From Sphaerodactylus townsendi (lineage: Eukaryota): 64,000 nt of DNA. Below are positions 40,200 through 51,295 of the stretch, in pieces; within the stretch, counting starts at the first letter, position 1; the number at the start of each line of letters is the position of its first letter. Made by a program: the position numbers and the translations under genes. The notes beneath the pieces are model-generated. The model was not told where the DNA came from and did not search any database. It saw only the letters and a list, made by a program, of their open reading frames with translations. Where the stretch lies: NCBI RefSeq assembly GCF_021028975.2, contig NC_059434.1:45198001-45262000 (forward strand). The letters are read 5' to 3'.

Positions 40200-42646
40200 T
40201 GATTTAAAGGGGACGGCTTTTGTCTCCTCCTCACCGCCTGGTCAAGCTGGACCGAAGCTGCTTGTGTAACATTAGGAGAACTTGCTAAGGCGGGTAAGGG
40301 AAATTGAGGGGAGCTTCTTACACACGCTACAGGCAATACTAGACACTAATAATTGAACGAAGCAAGTTTATCCGGGATAACGAGGGCACACACTTACCGC
40401 CCAAACCAATGCAGAGCTGCACAATAGCACTCCAACCATATCCTCCCCGCAGCCAGCTCCCAGAGGGCTGGGATCCACCAATGGGGCAAAACATCGCTAT
40501 TTCCAGATTAGATACAACTTCTTGCAGCTCACGACTTCTCATACATGGAATCACATTGGGAATTATCAAGAAAGATTAAAACAACACATATTATGCGTAC
40601 ATTCTCACAACCTTGGTGGTGATGTAATAGCAATAAGTAATCAATAATAGCTGACATCGACATTGTCTAGGGTCGTGCTTTGATCGAAAGTTCCACCACT
40701 GCTGCTCTGGAGGCCAGAGCATCCAGAGCAATGGAGGTAGAGATTGATGGACTTCGCATGAGGGCACAGGCCAGCCGACCAATAGTCTTAGCATTGTAAG
40801 AAGCGGAACCGGGGACTCCCACTAAGGGGAAGTTGGCGAGGGAGACGAACTAACTCCGCTTCGAGAGGGCGCACGCTGGCGACATGATAAGCTCCGGCTG
40901 AAGTGAGGGCCTCGAAAGAGCGGATGGAGAGCGGAGTGGCGGCGGCGCCCGGGCTCCCCGGGTGGAGCCTGGGGTAGGGACGAATGGTGAGGCTTACTGA
41001 GGCAACAAAGAGCTTCCGGCAGAGAGTCGGGCGGGAATGTAATGCGCGTAACGGCTTCTCTCCCCGCAGGTCCAGAACCAGCCCCTGGGGAGCAGGATGT
41101 TTCCGGAACGCTGGGGAATGGGTCCTCCATGTGTGTGTGCACGGTTCCAATTGGCCGCAGCCGATGAATGGGCCCCGGTCGGGTTCCCGTTCGGCTATGC
41201 GCTCGGGTGATGCGGGCGCAGGTGTTGGATTCGCGTATTAGCAACAGTCTTGGGTGACAAGGGAGAGAGCCAGCCAAGCCGAGGAGGGTTTGGACTGACG
41301 GGTCCTCTCAGTCGGCCTATAGAGTACCTGATGGATGAGGCATTCATGAAGGGGCTTTAGCCCAGACTCCGCTTAGGAAGTCTCCAGGCGCTTTGCAGAC
41401 GGGGAGCAGGCAGGAGCTTAGCAGGCTCCCGACTCCCAGGTACCGGGCCTAGGCAGAAAGATGAAGACGCTTGGCAGCGGCAGCAAACTGTTCCCAGATG
41501 TTGGTCTGGTGAAAGCCTTCGCTAGGGGTGGGCCGCATGCATGCATCGGCAGGAGGCAGCAGAGCAGGCAAAGGATGGTGGCCGCTGGAGTTACGGGCGG
41601 TGATGATCGCAAAGAGAGCCGCACAGAGGTTCTCGGGTGTCTCGAGGGTGAGGATGCTTGCTGGCACGAGCAGCTCTAGGGCTTGGCTGGTGGTCGCCTT
41701 GACGTCTCCCCCCCAGGTCATTCGGGTCTTTGGGCGCTATGACGGCATGCGTTCCTCGTTGAGACCGGCTGGCGGATCGCTTTAGAGAGATGTGTTCCAT
41801 CTCCGATGGGAGATTTGGTTTCCTTCCCCCTGGCGCTATCGACTTCCATGGGCTGGCCTGTCATGGCCTAATCGGAGTCCCACAGGGACCTGTAGGGAAG
41901 AAGGACTGGAGACACACCCCCCCCCCCCTTTCCCCAGGTTATGGGAGGGGTCGGGTTCCGCCCAGGACTCAGTTCCTAGAAGCCGGATGGCTGGAGATCA
42001 GGATCGGGTTTTGCTCTGAGTTGGGGCTTAGGAGTTTAATATAATGCGGCTTGTTTTGCAGCCTGTGAAGGTTGCTTTCTTAATGCAATCCCTACTGGGG
42101 GACGCCGCCTTACCCTCTTTAATTGTTTGGACAGGGAGAGGGCAGGGGAGGTAGAAGAAGGCGACCCCTGGTGGGAATTCGGCTTGCGAGCTGCCATCAG
42201 GGATGCCAAGGCGCTGAGGAGTCCCAGCCCCTCGAGGGGGGAGGGAGCCAGGCGGGTCCTGGGGGGATTGCGGGTATGCATGCTTAATCAGCAATCACAA
42301 AAGGCGCTTTTGAAAGTGCCTTTTGGGGGGGGCTATCGTAGCATGAGTGCACCCAGGAGAAATGATGCAATCAGATGCATTACAGGCAGATTCCTCAAGA
42401 CACAATAAAACAAAAAGGGGGGTTTCTTTGCAAGGGAGTTGCACTTACCGTGACCTTTGGTGGCTGAACGCAGGAAGCTGGATGGTGCTAAAATCTTTGT
42501 GATTGAATTATCTTGGGGAATTGCCGCCTTCGAACCCGAGACCGCCTCTTCAGTAAGGTCCGCTGCCGCCTGGCCTTTAACGGGTATTGATAAAGTTGCC
42601 AGGCGCTAGGCAGCCATAACCCAAACAGGTTTGGGTATTAGGGCAT
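40200..42646 (-). pseudogene. env: env (frameshifted as assembled), gamma-type TM with ASLV/alpharetrovirus-like features
   Basis: GCCACC and a signal-peptide-like start (..IPKPVWVM..LATLSIPVKG) near 42650. Basic site GRRR near 40940. Then SLANFPLVGVPGSASYNAKTIGRLACAL, IDYLLLLHHHQGCENV.NMCCFNLS and a hydrophobic anchor near 40400. Ends approximate. Confidence 0.85.
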
Positions 42647-42899
42647 AATGGTGGCAGCCCCTTTAACCTGGGGCCTGTCCTGGCAAGTGCCCAAGGGCGT
42701 ATCGTGGACGGGCCCAGATTTTTAATCCAGGGAGGGCCTGAGTCAGGCCAATTGGCCCTCCCGGCCTCTACTGGTCGGAAAACAGAAGGAGAAGAGGAGG
42801 GGAGAGGGAAACAGTTTCCCCACGAGAAATTAGAAAGTAATTCTTCGAAGTGCACGAGATTGGGACTTCAACCGATCTGTGACGGGTTTTACCGGCATC

Positions 42900-43725
42900 C
42901 CCAGACCAAAGTCGCTTGGACCTGACTCCCATGAGGTCCCTTCCCCAGAGATTGACATGGATGTCTAAACGACATGGGCGGGACTCGTGAGCTGCCGCCG
43001 AAGTCCTGGGCTGTTGACCGTGATGGGCGGATGCTCTACCTCAGCTCGCGTTTGTCTCCCCACCCCCCCAGATGTGTGGCAAGTTTCGGTCAAGCCATTT
43101 CCTAGGCCTGAATTGGGGCCACTACCGGCTGCTCTTGATGACGGTAACATCAGCGCCCGGTGTCCACCAGGCCCTGGAACATACATCCTTTCCTACATGG
43201 CGGGAAGCTCCAGGTATGGGCGGAGCTCCCCGATAGGCTGCCTCCCACCGCCAGTAACGGTGGTGTAGGCCTGCTCTCATGTTGGCTGCCAGCTTGTAGC
43301 CTTATTGGGTCAGCTTAGCCCGGGCAAACGCGATGGGGCAAGAGAATCCAACTGAGCGCAGCTGGGCTCGACGGCAGAGCAACTCCCTGTGGGATGTTTG
43401 TCCAGACTTGGAGATGGATGGGTCCCTTTGGTGCGTGGAGTGCGACATCAATTCGGGACGATGAACAGTCCCTGTTCAGCGGCAGAGGAGCCTTTGGCAA
43501 CACATCTAGCCCAATAGTCCCCGGGTAGGGATGGGCCTCGGCCATACCTGGGCCAGCGACAAGAACCTCGTGGGGAACTTCTAAAGGAGATGGGCTGGGT
43601 GCATGCTAGAGCGTAGATGCCACGCGAGGGGGGGGTGGTTCGGGTAGGGCCTTGGTGTTTTGGGCCCGCTCTAGGCATTCTCCTCCTTGGTCCTGGGGCT
43701 TGGGAGACGCCGGGCGGAGTTTCCC
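42900..43725 (-). pseudogene. pro: pro: dUTPase-like domain followed by retroviral aspartic protease
   Basis: GPSLPGDYW..SSAAEQGLFIVP..GPIHLQVWTNIPQ..ILLPH resembles the beta-type dUTPase fold. FQGLVDTG(A)DVTVI at about 43140-43180 and VNLWGRDLM at about 42930-42956. Confidence 0.9.
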
Positions 43726-45342
43726 ACGGGCAGTCGCTTTCTCCAGTCCAGTGGAAGCCTTTCTGGCATCGTGGGCACCGGCTCTTTAGGTGGCCTCTCC
43801 TCTGGGGAGGACCCTCCCTCCATCGGGGCTGTAGGCCCCCCACTGGCTGGCTGCCTACACTCCTTCCGGAAGTGTCCGGGTCTGCCTCAGCGGTTAAAGC
43901 AGTCATCTTGAGGCTTGCCTCCCGCCCGGTGGAAGAGCTGCGGCGAGGGAGGCTAGCTTGGTATGAGGATCCGGCTGTCCTGGCAAGCCTTGCAAGCATG
44001 TCGGCCAGTTCAGGATCTTTGCCCAGGCCCGCGGATTGCTCTAACGCGGCACCCGCGGGAGGCTGCTCTCTTTATGAAGCAGGCTTATGAGGGAGCTCGC
44101 TTTTGGGCCTCTTCGCCATCTACTCCGCCTCCTTGGAGCTCTCTGGAGCCTGTTCACAAACTTCCGACATAGGGCTCTTGGGGCTTTTGTGGCCGGATGG
44201 TGGAAAGAAACTCTGGGCTGGCTGGCAGCATTGGGGACTTTGATAAATGCCTTGTATACGACTCCAGAGGCGACGGCGTGAAGGGTGCGGCCTCAGGCAG
44301 GACAACACCTGATCGCTAAGGGGGTAATGGCGAAGCATCAAAACCGTGAAGCTGGCGGCTGCTGGTGTAGGCGCCGTACCGGAGGCTGCTCCCCTGCTGA
44401 TGCATTGCTGGCGAACTTCGCTTTCTCAGAATCACAAATTGTGCAGGGCCCAGTGAGCATGCGAAGGTGGTTTTCCAGTCAGTCCGAACCATTAGGTGAT
44501 TCCCTCGCCGCATTGCCTCCTTCCAGCATACCTGCCTCGTCGCATTAGGGGGCTAGTGATTCCTTACGCCTCCCATAAGCGCTTATGGAGCTCCAGTGAG
44601 GATGTTATAGCTTAAAGGGCGGTATTCATTCGACAACCGCCAGTCGCCAATGACGCAATTCTCCCTCGCCGTAGATCTGTGAAATTTTAACGGGCACAAT
44701 GCAAGAATATCGGGCATCGCTCTCCTGGCCAGGGTTTTCTTTCTGCAGGATCGCGTGGCTAATACTGCTCTGGGCGAGTTTTGAAACCAGCGCCGATTAC
44801 GATGGCAAGCTTTGACGGAGTGTGCAGTGGCTTCGGAAAAATGAAGGCGGAGCAAAGTGGGGAGGGGGCAGCGGGTTGAGCATGAGCTGGAGAAGTTTGA
44901 AAATGGGCGGAGGAGCAAGGGGGGCAGAAGGAGGACAGAAGCGCCCAATTTAGTGGAGCTAGGAGAAAATTCCCGAGGTTGAAATTGAAGGTGAAAAGAT
45001 CGAAAAGGAGGGCTGCTCTTACAGCAAGGGAGCCATAGGTCTGCAGGCTGATGCATGCGACATAACATTGTCTCCGTCCATCGCCAGTAGCAGTGACATC
45101 GGGCGCTACGCAGGCTCTGTCGCCAAGAGTGCGCCTTCGATGTTTTTTTCCTGTAGTCCTTAAGATTCCAATGTCCCCCCCCTCTGGGTACCACCATGGA
45201 CACTGAGCTATCAATCTTCCTCAACCACTCTGGCGCAGCTCCCTTCTCTCACTGGGACCTCTACGCATTTCGGGCTTAACGCTTTCAGTTCACATAACGC
45301 GGCTTGTAATAGCGAATGTCCTAAGCTTTTGCAAGCTCCCAT
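43680..45342 (-). pseudogene. gag: gag, betaretrovirus-like (frameshifted as assembled)
   Basis: MGACKS myristoylation start. Matrix QCPW.YPEGG..NLKDY resembles HERV-K CPWFPEQGTLDLKDW. Capsid EYRPLSYNIL..DWKTTF; MHR-like SF.TIR..PQEPY..FVNRLQ at about 44140-44215. Knuckles CFN.GRPGHFRKEC and CPRCQKGFHW..SDC. The 3' end is approximate. Confidence 0.9.
43719..43725 (-). promoter_or_regulatory. Putative gag-pro -1 ribosomal frameshift heptamer GGGAAAC
   Basis: X XXY YYZ heptamer just after the second zinc knuckle, followed by GC-rich sequence. SRV-1 uses the same heptamer at its gag-pro junction. Confidence 0.65.
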
Positions 45343-45538
45343 ACTCACCGCAGTGTTCCGTCGGGGCCGATCGAGAGAGTGTCCTAGGACGCTATCGTGT
45401 CTGGACAGCTTCCGATCCAGAGGGACGAGGCTTATACCCCAACGGGTGGTCCCCTGGATGCGCCGATCCAGCCGGATTCCCTGGGTATCGCTGCCCTTTC
45501 CCAGGCGACACGGTGAGCAGGGTGGAGGTTCGAGGGAT

Positions 45539-45556
45539 TCCCCGGTTTCGGCACCA
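45539..45556 (-). promoter_or_regulatory. Primer binding site, tRNA-Phe (copy 1)
   Basis: TGGTGCCGAAACCGGGGA matches the complement of the vertebrate tRNA-Phe 3' end (UCCCGGGUUUCGGCACCA) at 17/18 positions, 3 nt from the 5' LTR. Confidence 0.9.
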
Positions 45557-45559
45557 GCT

Positions 45560-46055
45560 TAGTAGTGCGCACTCCACGTGGTCAGCGCAGTAAGAACGCA
45601 GACGCAGACGCTGGAGATAACATCTGGGTGGAGATCGCCAGCAGCGGAGCCCGGGAGGTCCGTGAGTTCCTAGCTTAATCTCCCTGCAGGCTGGTTCCTG
45701 GCACCTTTTATTGTTATTCTATCAAAGCGTGTAGGAGGGAGGACCGGGGAGTTCCGGGAGAGCCGGAGGGCTGGGAGGTCGAAGGAGATCATCATGTGAT
45801 GCATGATACTCACCTGGCTACGCAGGCGGAGAGGAGCGTAGCTGCCTGGAGCCCATCCTCACCTGGGGCAGGACCATTGTCCCTATACCTCGTGACTGAG
45901 TTTCAGACAGTTCACATGAATTCCCGTGACTCACTTAGGGGATAGGAGGAGGGGGGTGCGGTGATACGACCACAGAAGGTACAGTAGGCCAGTCCTGCTA
46001 CATGCTCCAACGTTGTTCTACCACGGTGCTGCTGGGTCAGCAGTGCATTACTACA
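45560..46055 (-). repeat. 5' LTR of ERV copy 1
   Basis: Colinear with 39668-40145; ends gcagtgcattactaca and is followed by AGGTGG. Confidence 0.95.
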
Positions 46056-46061
46056 AGGTGG

Positions 46062-46503
46062 TGTAGTGGAAGCCACGTGGTCATGATAAGAAGCGAGGCG
46101 AGCGGAGATAACATCTGGTGGAGATGTATCGAGGGAGCCAGGAGGTCGATGTTCCTAGCGAATCTCAGCTGATGCTGGTTCCTGGCACCTTTTATTGTTA
46201 TTCTCGGTGTGGGAGGAGGACGAGTTCGAGGCCGAGAGTGAGGAGTGAGGAGATCATCATGTGATACATGATCTCACCTGGCTACGTCTTGAGGAGAAGG
46301 GCGTGAAAAGCGTCTGAGCCTAATCCTCACCTGGGGCAGGACCGTGATCCCTAAGCCCGGTGACTTAAGAGCCAGACAGTTCCTTGACCCGTGACTCATA
46401 GGGGGGATGAGGTGGGGATGCGGTCGCGACCAGAAGCCGTGGAGTCCATTGGCGTTCTAACGTTCTACCCGCAGTGCTGCTGGGTCAGCAGTGCATTACT
46501 ACA
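46062..46503 (-). repeat. 3' LTR of ERV copy 2
   Basis: tgtagt...attactaca, followed by tctcctcctttttt (PPT on the minus strand). Confidence 0.9.
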
Positions 46504-46549
46504 TCTCCTCCTTTTTTACATTTTAGGGGACGAGAAATGCTAAGGGGGT

Positions 46550-48724
46550 GATTAAAGGGGCTTGTCTCCTCCGCCCGTCTGGTCAAGCTGACCGAGCTGC
46601 TTATTGTAACATTAGGAGAACTTGGTTCGGGGTAGAAATTGAGGGGAGCTTCTTACGTTACAGGCAATACTAGACACACACTGAGCGAAGCAGAATCGAT
46701 AGCAGAGACTTACCGCCCAAACCAATGCAGAGCTACTAGCACTCCAACCATCCTCCGGCAGCCAGCTCCAGAGGGCTGACCACCAATGGGGCAAAACATC
46801 ATATTTCAGATTAATTAACTTCTTGCAGCTCCGTGCTTTCATATGAATCAGTGGGAATTATCAAGAAAGATTAAAACAACACATATTATGTACATTCTCA
46901 CAACCTTGGTGGTGATGTAATAGCAATAAGTAATCAATAATAGCTGACACGATTGTCTAGGGTAAACAGCGAAGTTCCACCACTGCTTCGAGGCCAGAGC
47001 ATCAAACAATGGAGGTGGGGATTGATGGACTTCGCTTGAGGGCTGGGCCAACCGACCAATAGTCTTAGCATTGTAAGAAGCAGAGTCGGGGACTCCCACT
47101 AAGGGGAAGTTCGCGAGGGAGAGCGAACTCCGCTTGGAGAGAAGGCGACATGATAAGCTCCAGCAGAAGGAGGGTCGAAAGAGCAAGCGGTGGCGGCGGC
47201 GTCAGACTCCCGAGGTGGAGCCTGGGGTAGGGCACGATAGTGAGGCGACTGAGGCAACAAAGTTCCGGCAGAAGTCGGTGGAATGTAGTGCGCGTTACTC
47301 TCCCATGGGTCAGAACCAGCCCTGGGAGCAGGATGTTCGAGCAGCGAGGGGAATGTCCTCCATGTGGCACGGTTCAATTGGCCGAGCGATGAATGGGCGA
47401 ATTAGGTTCCCGTTTGGCTGCGCCCGGTGATGCGGCGCAGGTGTTGGGTCGTGGTTAGCAACAGTCTTGGTGACAAGGGAAGCGCCAACCCGAGGAGGTT
47501 TAGACTGACGGGTCCCAGTCGGCTCATAGAGTACCTGATGGATGAGGCATTCATGAAGGGGCTTAGCCCAGGCTTCAACTAGGAAGTCTCCAGGCGCTTG
47601 CAGGCGAGGAGCAGGCAGGAGCTTAGCAGGCTCCCGACTCCTAGTACTGGCGAGCAGAAAGATGAAGGCGTTGGCGGCGGCAGCAACTGTTCCCAGATGT
47701 TGGTCTGGTGTTAGCTTCGTAGGGGTGGCCGATGCATGCATCGGCGGGGAGGCAGCAGAGCAGGCAAGGATGGTGGCAGCTGAGTTGGCGGTGATGATAT
47801 GAAGGCGGCACAGGGTTCTCGGGTGTCCGAGGGTGAGGATGCTTGCTGGCGCCAGCGACTCTAGAGCTTGGCTGGTGGTGGCGTCTCCCAGGTCATTCGG
47901 GTCTTTGGGCGTTGGCGGCAGCGTTCCTGTTGAGACCGCTGAAGCGGGATCGCTTTAGAATGTGTTCCATCTCGGGGATGGGAGATTTGGTTTCCCTCCT
48001 GGCGCTTCGACTTCCATGGGCTGGCCTATCATGGCCGAATCGGAGTCCCACAGGGACCTGGGAAGAAGGACTGAGACACACCCTTCCCAGGTTATGGGAG
48101 GGCGGGTCCCGCCAGACTCAGTTCTAGAAGCCGGATGGCGGAGATCAGGATAGGGTTTTGTTTGAGTTGGGGTTTAGAGTTTAATATAAGAAGGCTTGTT
48201 TTGCAGCCATGAAGGTTACTTTAATGCAATCCCTACTGGGGACGCCTACTCCTCTTTCTTTAGTGTTTGACAGGGGAGGGCAGGAGGTAGAAGAAGGCGA
48301 CCCTGGTGAAATTGGCTTCAAGCGTCATCAGGGATGCGTCCAAGCTGAGGAGTCCGACCGAGGGGACGAAGCGGGTCCTGGGGGGATTGTGGGTATGCAT
48401 GCTTAATCAGCAACAAGGGGCTTTTAGGCGCTTTGGGGAGGATGAGTGCATCGAGGAGAAATGATGCAATCAGGCGATTAGAGGCATTCCTACACACAAA
48501 CAAGGGTTTCTTTGCAAGGGAGTTGCACCCGTGACACTTGGTGGCTAGCCCATGAGGAAGCTGGATGATTGCTATTTTGTGATTGAATTATCTTGGGGAA
48601 TTGCCGCCTGCGAACCCGCTCCGCCAAGAGGCGGTTTATTAAGCGCCCTGACCTTTAGCATTAGGTATTGATAAAGTTGCCAGGCTGGGCAGCATATAAC
48701 AAACAGGTTTGAGTATTAGGGCAT
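46550..48724 (-). pseudogene. env: env of copy 2
   Basis: In-frame IDYLLLLHHHQGCENVHNMCCFNLS at 46864-46938 (CX6CC intact), plus SLANFPLVGVPDSASYNAKTIGRLA and YDVLPHWWSALWSWLPEDGW. Ends approximate. Confidence 0.85.
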
Positions 48725-48939
48725 ATGGTGGCAGCCTTGCAACCTGGGGCCTGTCCTGGCAATTGCTTTCTTGGTATCAGGGCCAGGCCCAGATTTTTAA
48801 TCCAGGGAGAGACTGAGTATTAGTGGCCCTCCCGCCTCTACAGTCGGCAAGAAGGAGAGGAGGAAACGGTTTCCTTACGAGGAATTAGAAAGTAATTTTA
48901 GGAAGTGCGATTAGGATCAATGATCTGTGGCGACTTTAC

Positions 48940-51111
48940 CCATCCCAGACCAAAGTCGTTTGACCTGACTCGCGGGTCCCTTCCCCAGGGTGACATGGAT
49001 GTCTAAACGATGGGCGGGACTATGGCTACCTTTCGAGTCCTGGGCTGTTGACCGTGGCGGATGCTCACGTCTGTTTTGTCTCCACCAGCAGATGTGTGAA
49101 AGAAAGACGGAAGCCACCGATTAGGCCTGAATTGGGGCCACTTTCGGCTGCTCTGATGGCGGTAACATCAGCGCCCGGTGTCCTGAGGCGCAGGCAGCAT
49201 CCCTTCTATGGCGGGAAACTCCAGGTATGGTAGACTCCCGATGGCGTCTCCACCGCTGCAACGGTGGTGTAGGCCTGCGCGCCATGTTGGCTGCTGGGGC
49301 TTGTAGCTATTGGGTCAGCTTAGCCCGGGCAGCGCATGGGGCAAGAGAATCCAACTGGCGCAGCTGGCTCGACGGAGAGCAACTCCCTGTGGGATGTTTG
49401 TCCAGACTTGGAGATGGATGGGTCCCTTGGTGCGTGGAGTGCGTCCTCGAGGGGCGATGAACAGTCCCTGTTCAGCGGCAGAGGAGCCTTTGGCAACACA
49501 CTAGCCCAATAGTCCCGGTGGGGATGGGCACCGTCATACCTGGGTTGGGCGACAAAATTCGTGGAGACTTAAAAAGGAGATGGGCTGGGTGCATCTTGGC
49601 CGAGATGCCACGCGAGGCAGGGGCCTTGGTGTTTTGGGTCTGCTCTAGTATTCTCCTCCTTGGTCCTGGGCTGGGGGGAGGCGGTGAGGAGTTCCCGGCG
49701 GGCAGTCGTTTCTCCAGTGCTGGAAACCTTTCTGGCATCGTGGGCACCGGGTTTAAGGTGGCCTTCTCCTCAGGGAGGACCCTCCCTCCATCGGGGTTGT
49801 AGGCCCCCACGGGCTACCTACACTCCCGCCGGAAGTGTCGAGGGTCTGCCTCAGTTAAAGCAGTCATCCACAGGCTTGCCTCCCGCCCGGTGGAAGTGCT
49901 GCGGCGAGAGGGCTAGCTTGGTGGGAGGATCGATGTCCTGGCAAGCCTTAGCATGTCGGCAGTTCAGGATCTTTGCCCAGGCCGTGATTGCTCTGCGGCA
50001 CTCCATTAGGCGTTCTCTTTTCGCGGCGCCATGAGGGAGCGTTTTGAGCCTCACCGTATCTACCTGCCTCTTGGCGCTTCTGGAGCCTGTTCACAAGCTT
50101 CGACATAGGGCTCTTGGGGTTTGCGGATGGTGGAAAGAAACTCTGCGGCTGGCGGCATTGAGACTTTGACCGTACCTGAGCGCCGGCGTGTAGGGTGATG
50201 GCCTCAGGCAGGACAATCTGTCGTTGGGGTTGAAAGCATGAAACCGTAAAGCTGGCGGCTGTGTAGGCGCCGCCCGGCGGCTCCTGCTGATACATTGCTG
50301 GCGGGCTTCGCTTTCCCCGAATCACAAATTGCAGGAGCTCCAGGAGCATCACGAAGGTGGTTTCAGTCGTCGGAACCATTAGGTGATTCCCTCGCGATTG
50401 CCTCCAGCATACCTGCCTCTCCGCATTAGGGGGCTAGTGATTCTACGTCTCCATAAGCACTACTTGAACTCAGTGAGGATGTTATAGCAAAGGCGATTTT
50501 CGACAACCGCCAGTCAAACACCCTCCCCTGGGGTATCTGTGAAATGGGCCGGGGCACAATGCAAGAGTCTCGGCATCGTCTTCGTCAGGGTTTCTTTCTT
50601 CTGCAGATGGAGTGGCTATGCGTTCTAGAGTTTTGAAACCAGCGCCGATACGATGGCGCTAGCCGGAGATGCAGTGGCTTCGAGGAAATGAAGAGAACAA
50701 GGGGAGGCTGACTGAGCATGAGAGAGAAGTTTGAAAATGGTAGGAGCAAGGGGCAGAAGGAGGACAGGCGTCCAATTTAGTGGATAGAAATTCCGAGGTT
50801 GAGTGAAGGTGAAAGATGAAAAGGAGGCGACCTACAACAGGAGCCATAGGTCTACAGGCTGATGGCGACATAACATTGTCTCCGTCCAGCCAACGAGTGA
50901 CATCGTAGCGAGCTCTGTCGCGAAGTCGCCCGATGTTTTTTTCCCAGTCCTTAAGATTCCAATGTCCCCCCCTCTGGGTACCATGGACACTGAGCTATCT
51001 CCCTCAACAATTGCGCGCTCCCTTCTCTTACGGGGACCCTGCAGCATTTAAGCGCGCTTTCAGTTAGATCGCGTGCTTAGTAGCGAAAGCCCTGCTTTTG
51101 CAAACTCCCAT
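48940..51111 (-). pseudogene. gag-pro: gag-pro of copy 2
   Basis: MGVCKS start at 51111; LVNRLQ; ECRRAI..KACQD..DDCFN; DTG near 49175; WGRD near 48980. Confidence 0.85.
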
Positions 51112-51274
51112 ACTCCTGATTGTTCCGTCGGGGCCGAGAGAAGTGTCTAGGGCCAGCGTGTCTGGATGCGCCCGATCCAGAGGGACGAAGCGTGCAACGA
51201 TTGGTCCCTGGATGCGCCGATCCAGCGGACCGGTATCATGACCTTCAGGCGGCGGTGAGCAGGGTGTTGAGGAT

Positions 51275-51292
51275 TCCCGGGTTTCGGCACCA
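51275..51292 (-). promoter_or_regulatory. Primer binding site, tRNA-Phe (copy 2)
   Basis: TGGTGCCGAAACCCGGGA is an 18/18 complement of the tRNA-Phe 3' end. Confidence 0.95.
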
Positions 51293-51295
51293 GCT

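Larger units (their letters stand above)
39668..46055 (-). mobile_element. Endogenous retrovirus copy 1 (class II/beta-like gag-dUTPase-pro, no pol, ASLV-like env), 6388 bp
   Basis: Two LTRs (TGTAG...CTACA), 6-bp TSD AGGTGG at 39662-39667 and 46056-46061, PBS, PPT and frameshifted gag/pro/env motifs. Confidence 0.95.

Noticed and set aside
42577-42855. 92-aa ORF between pro and env as a possible accessory gene or integrase remnant
   Set aside because: The frame is not preserved in copy 2 and there is no clear integrase motif; the indel noise makes it uninterpretable.
43617-44090. Long + strand ORFs inside the provirus as possible antisense genes
   Set aside because: Expected by chance in GC-rich sequence and not conserved between the two copies.
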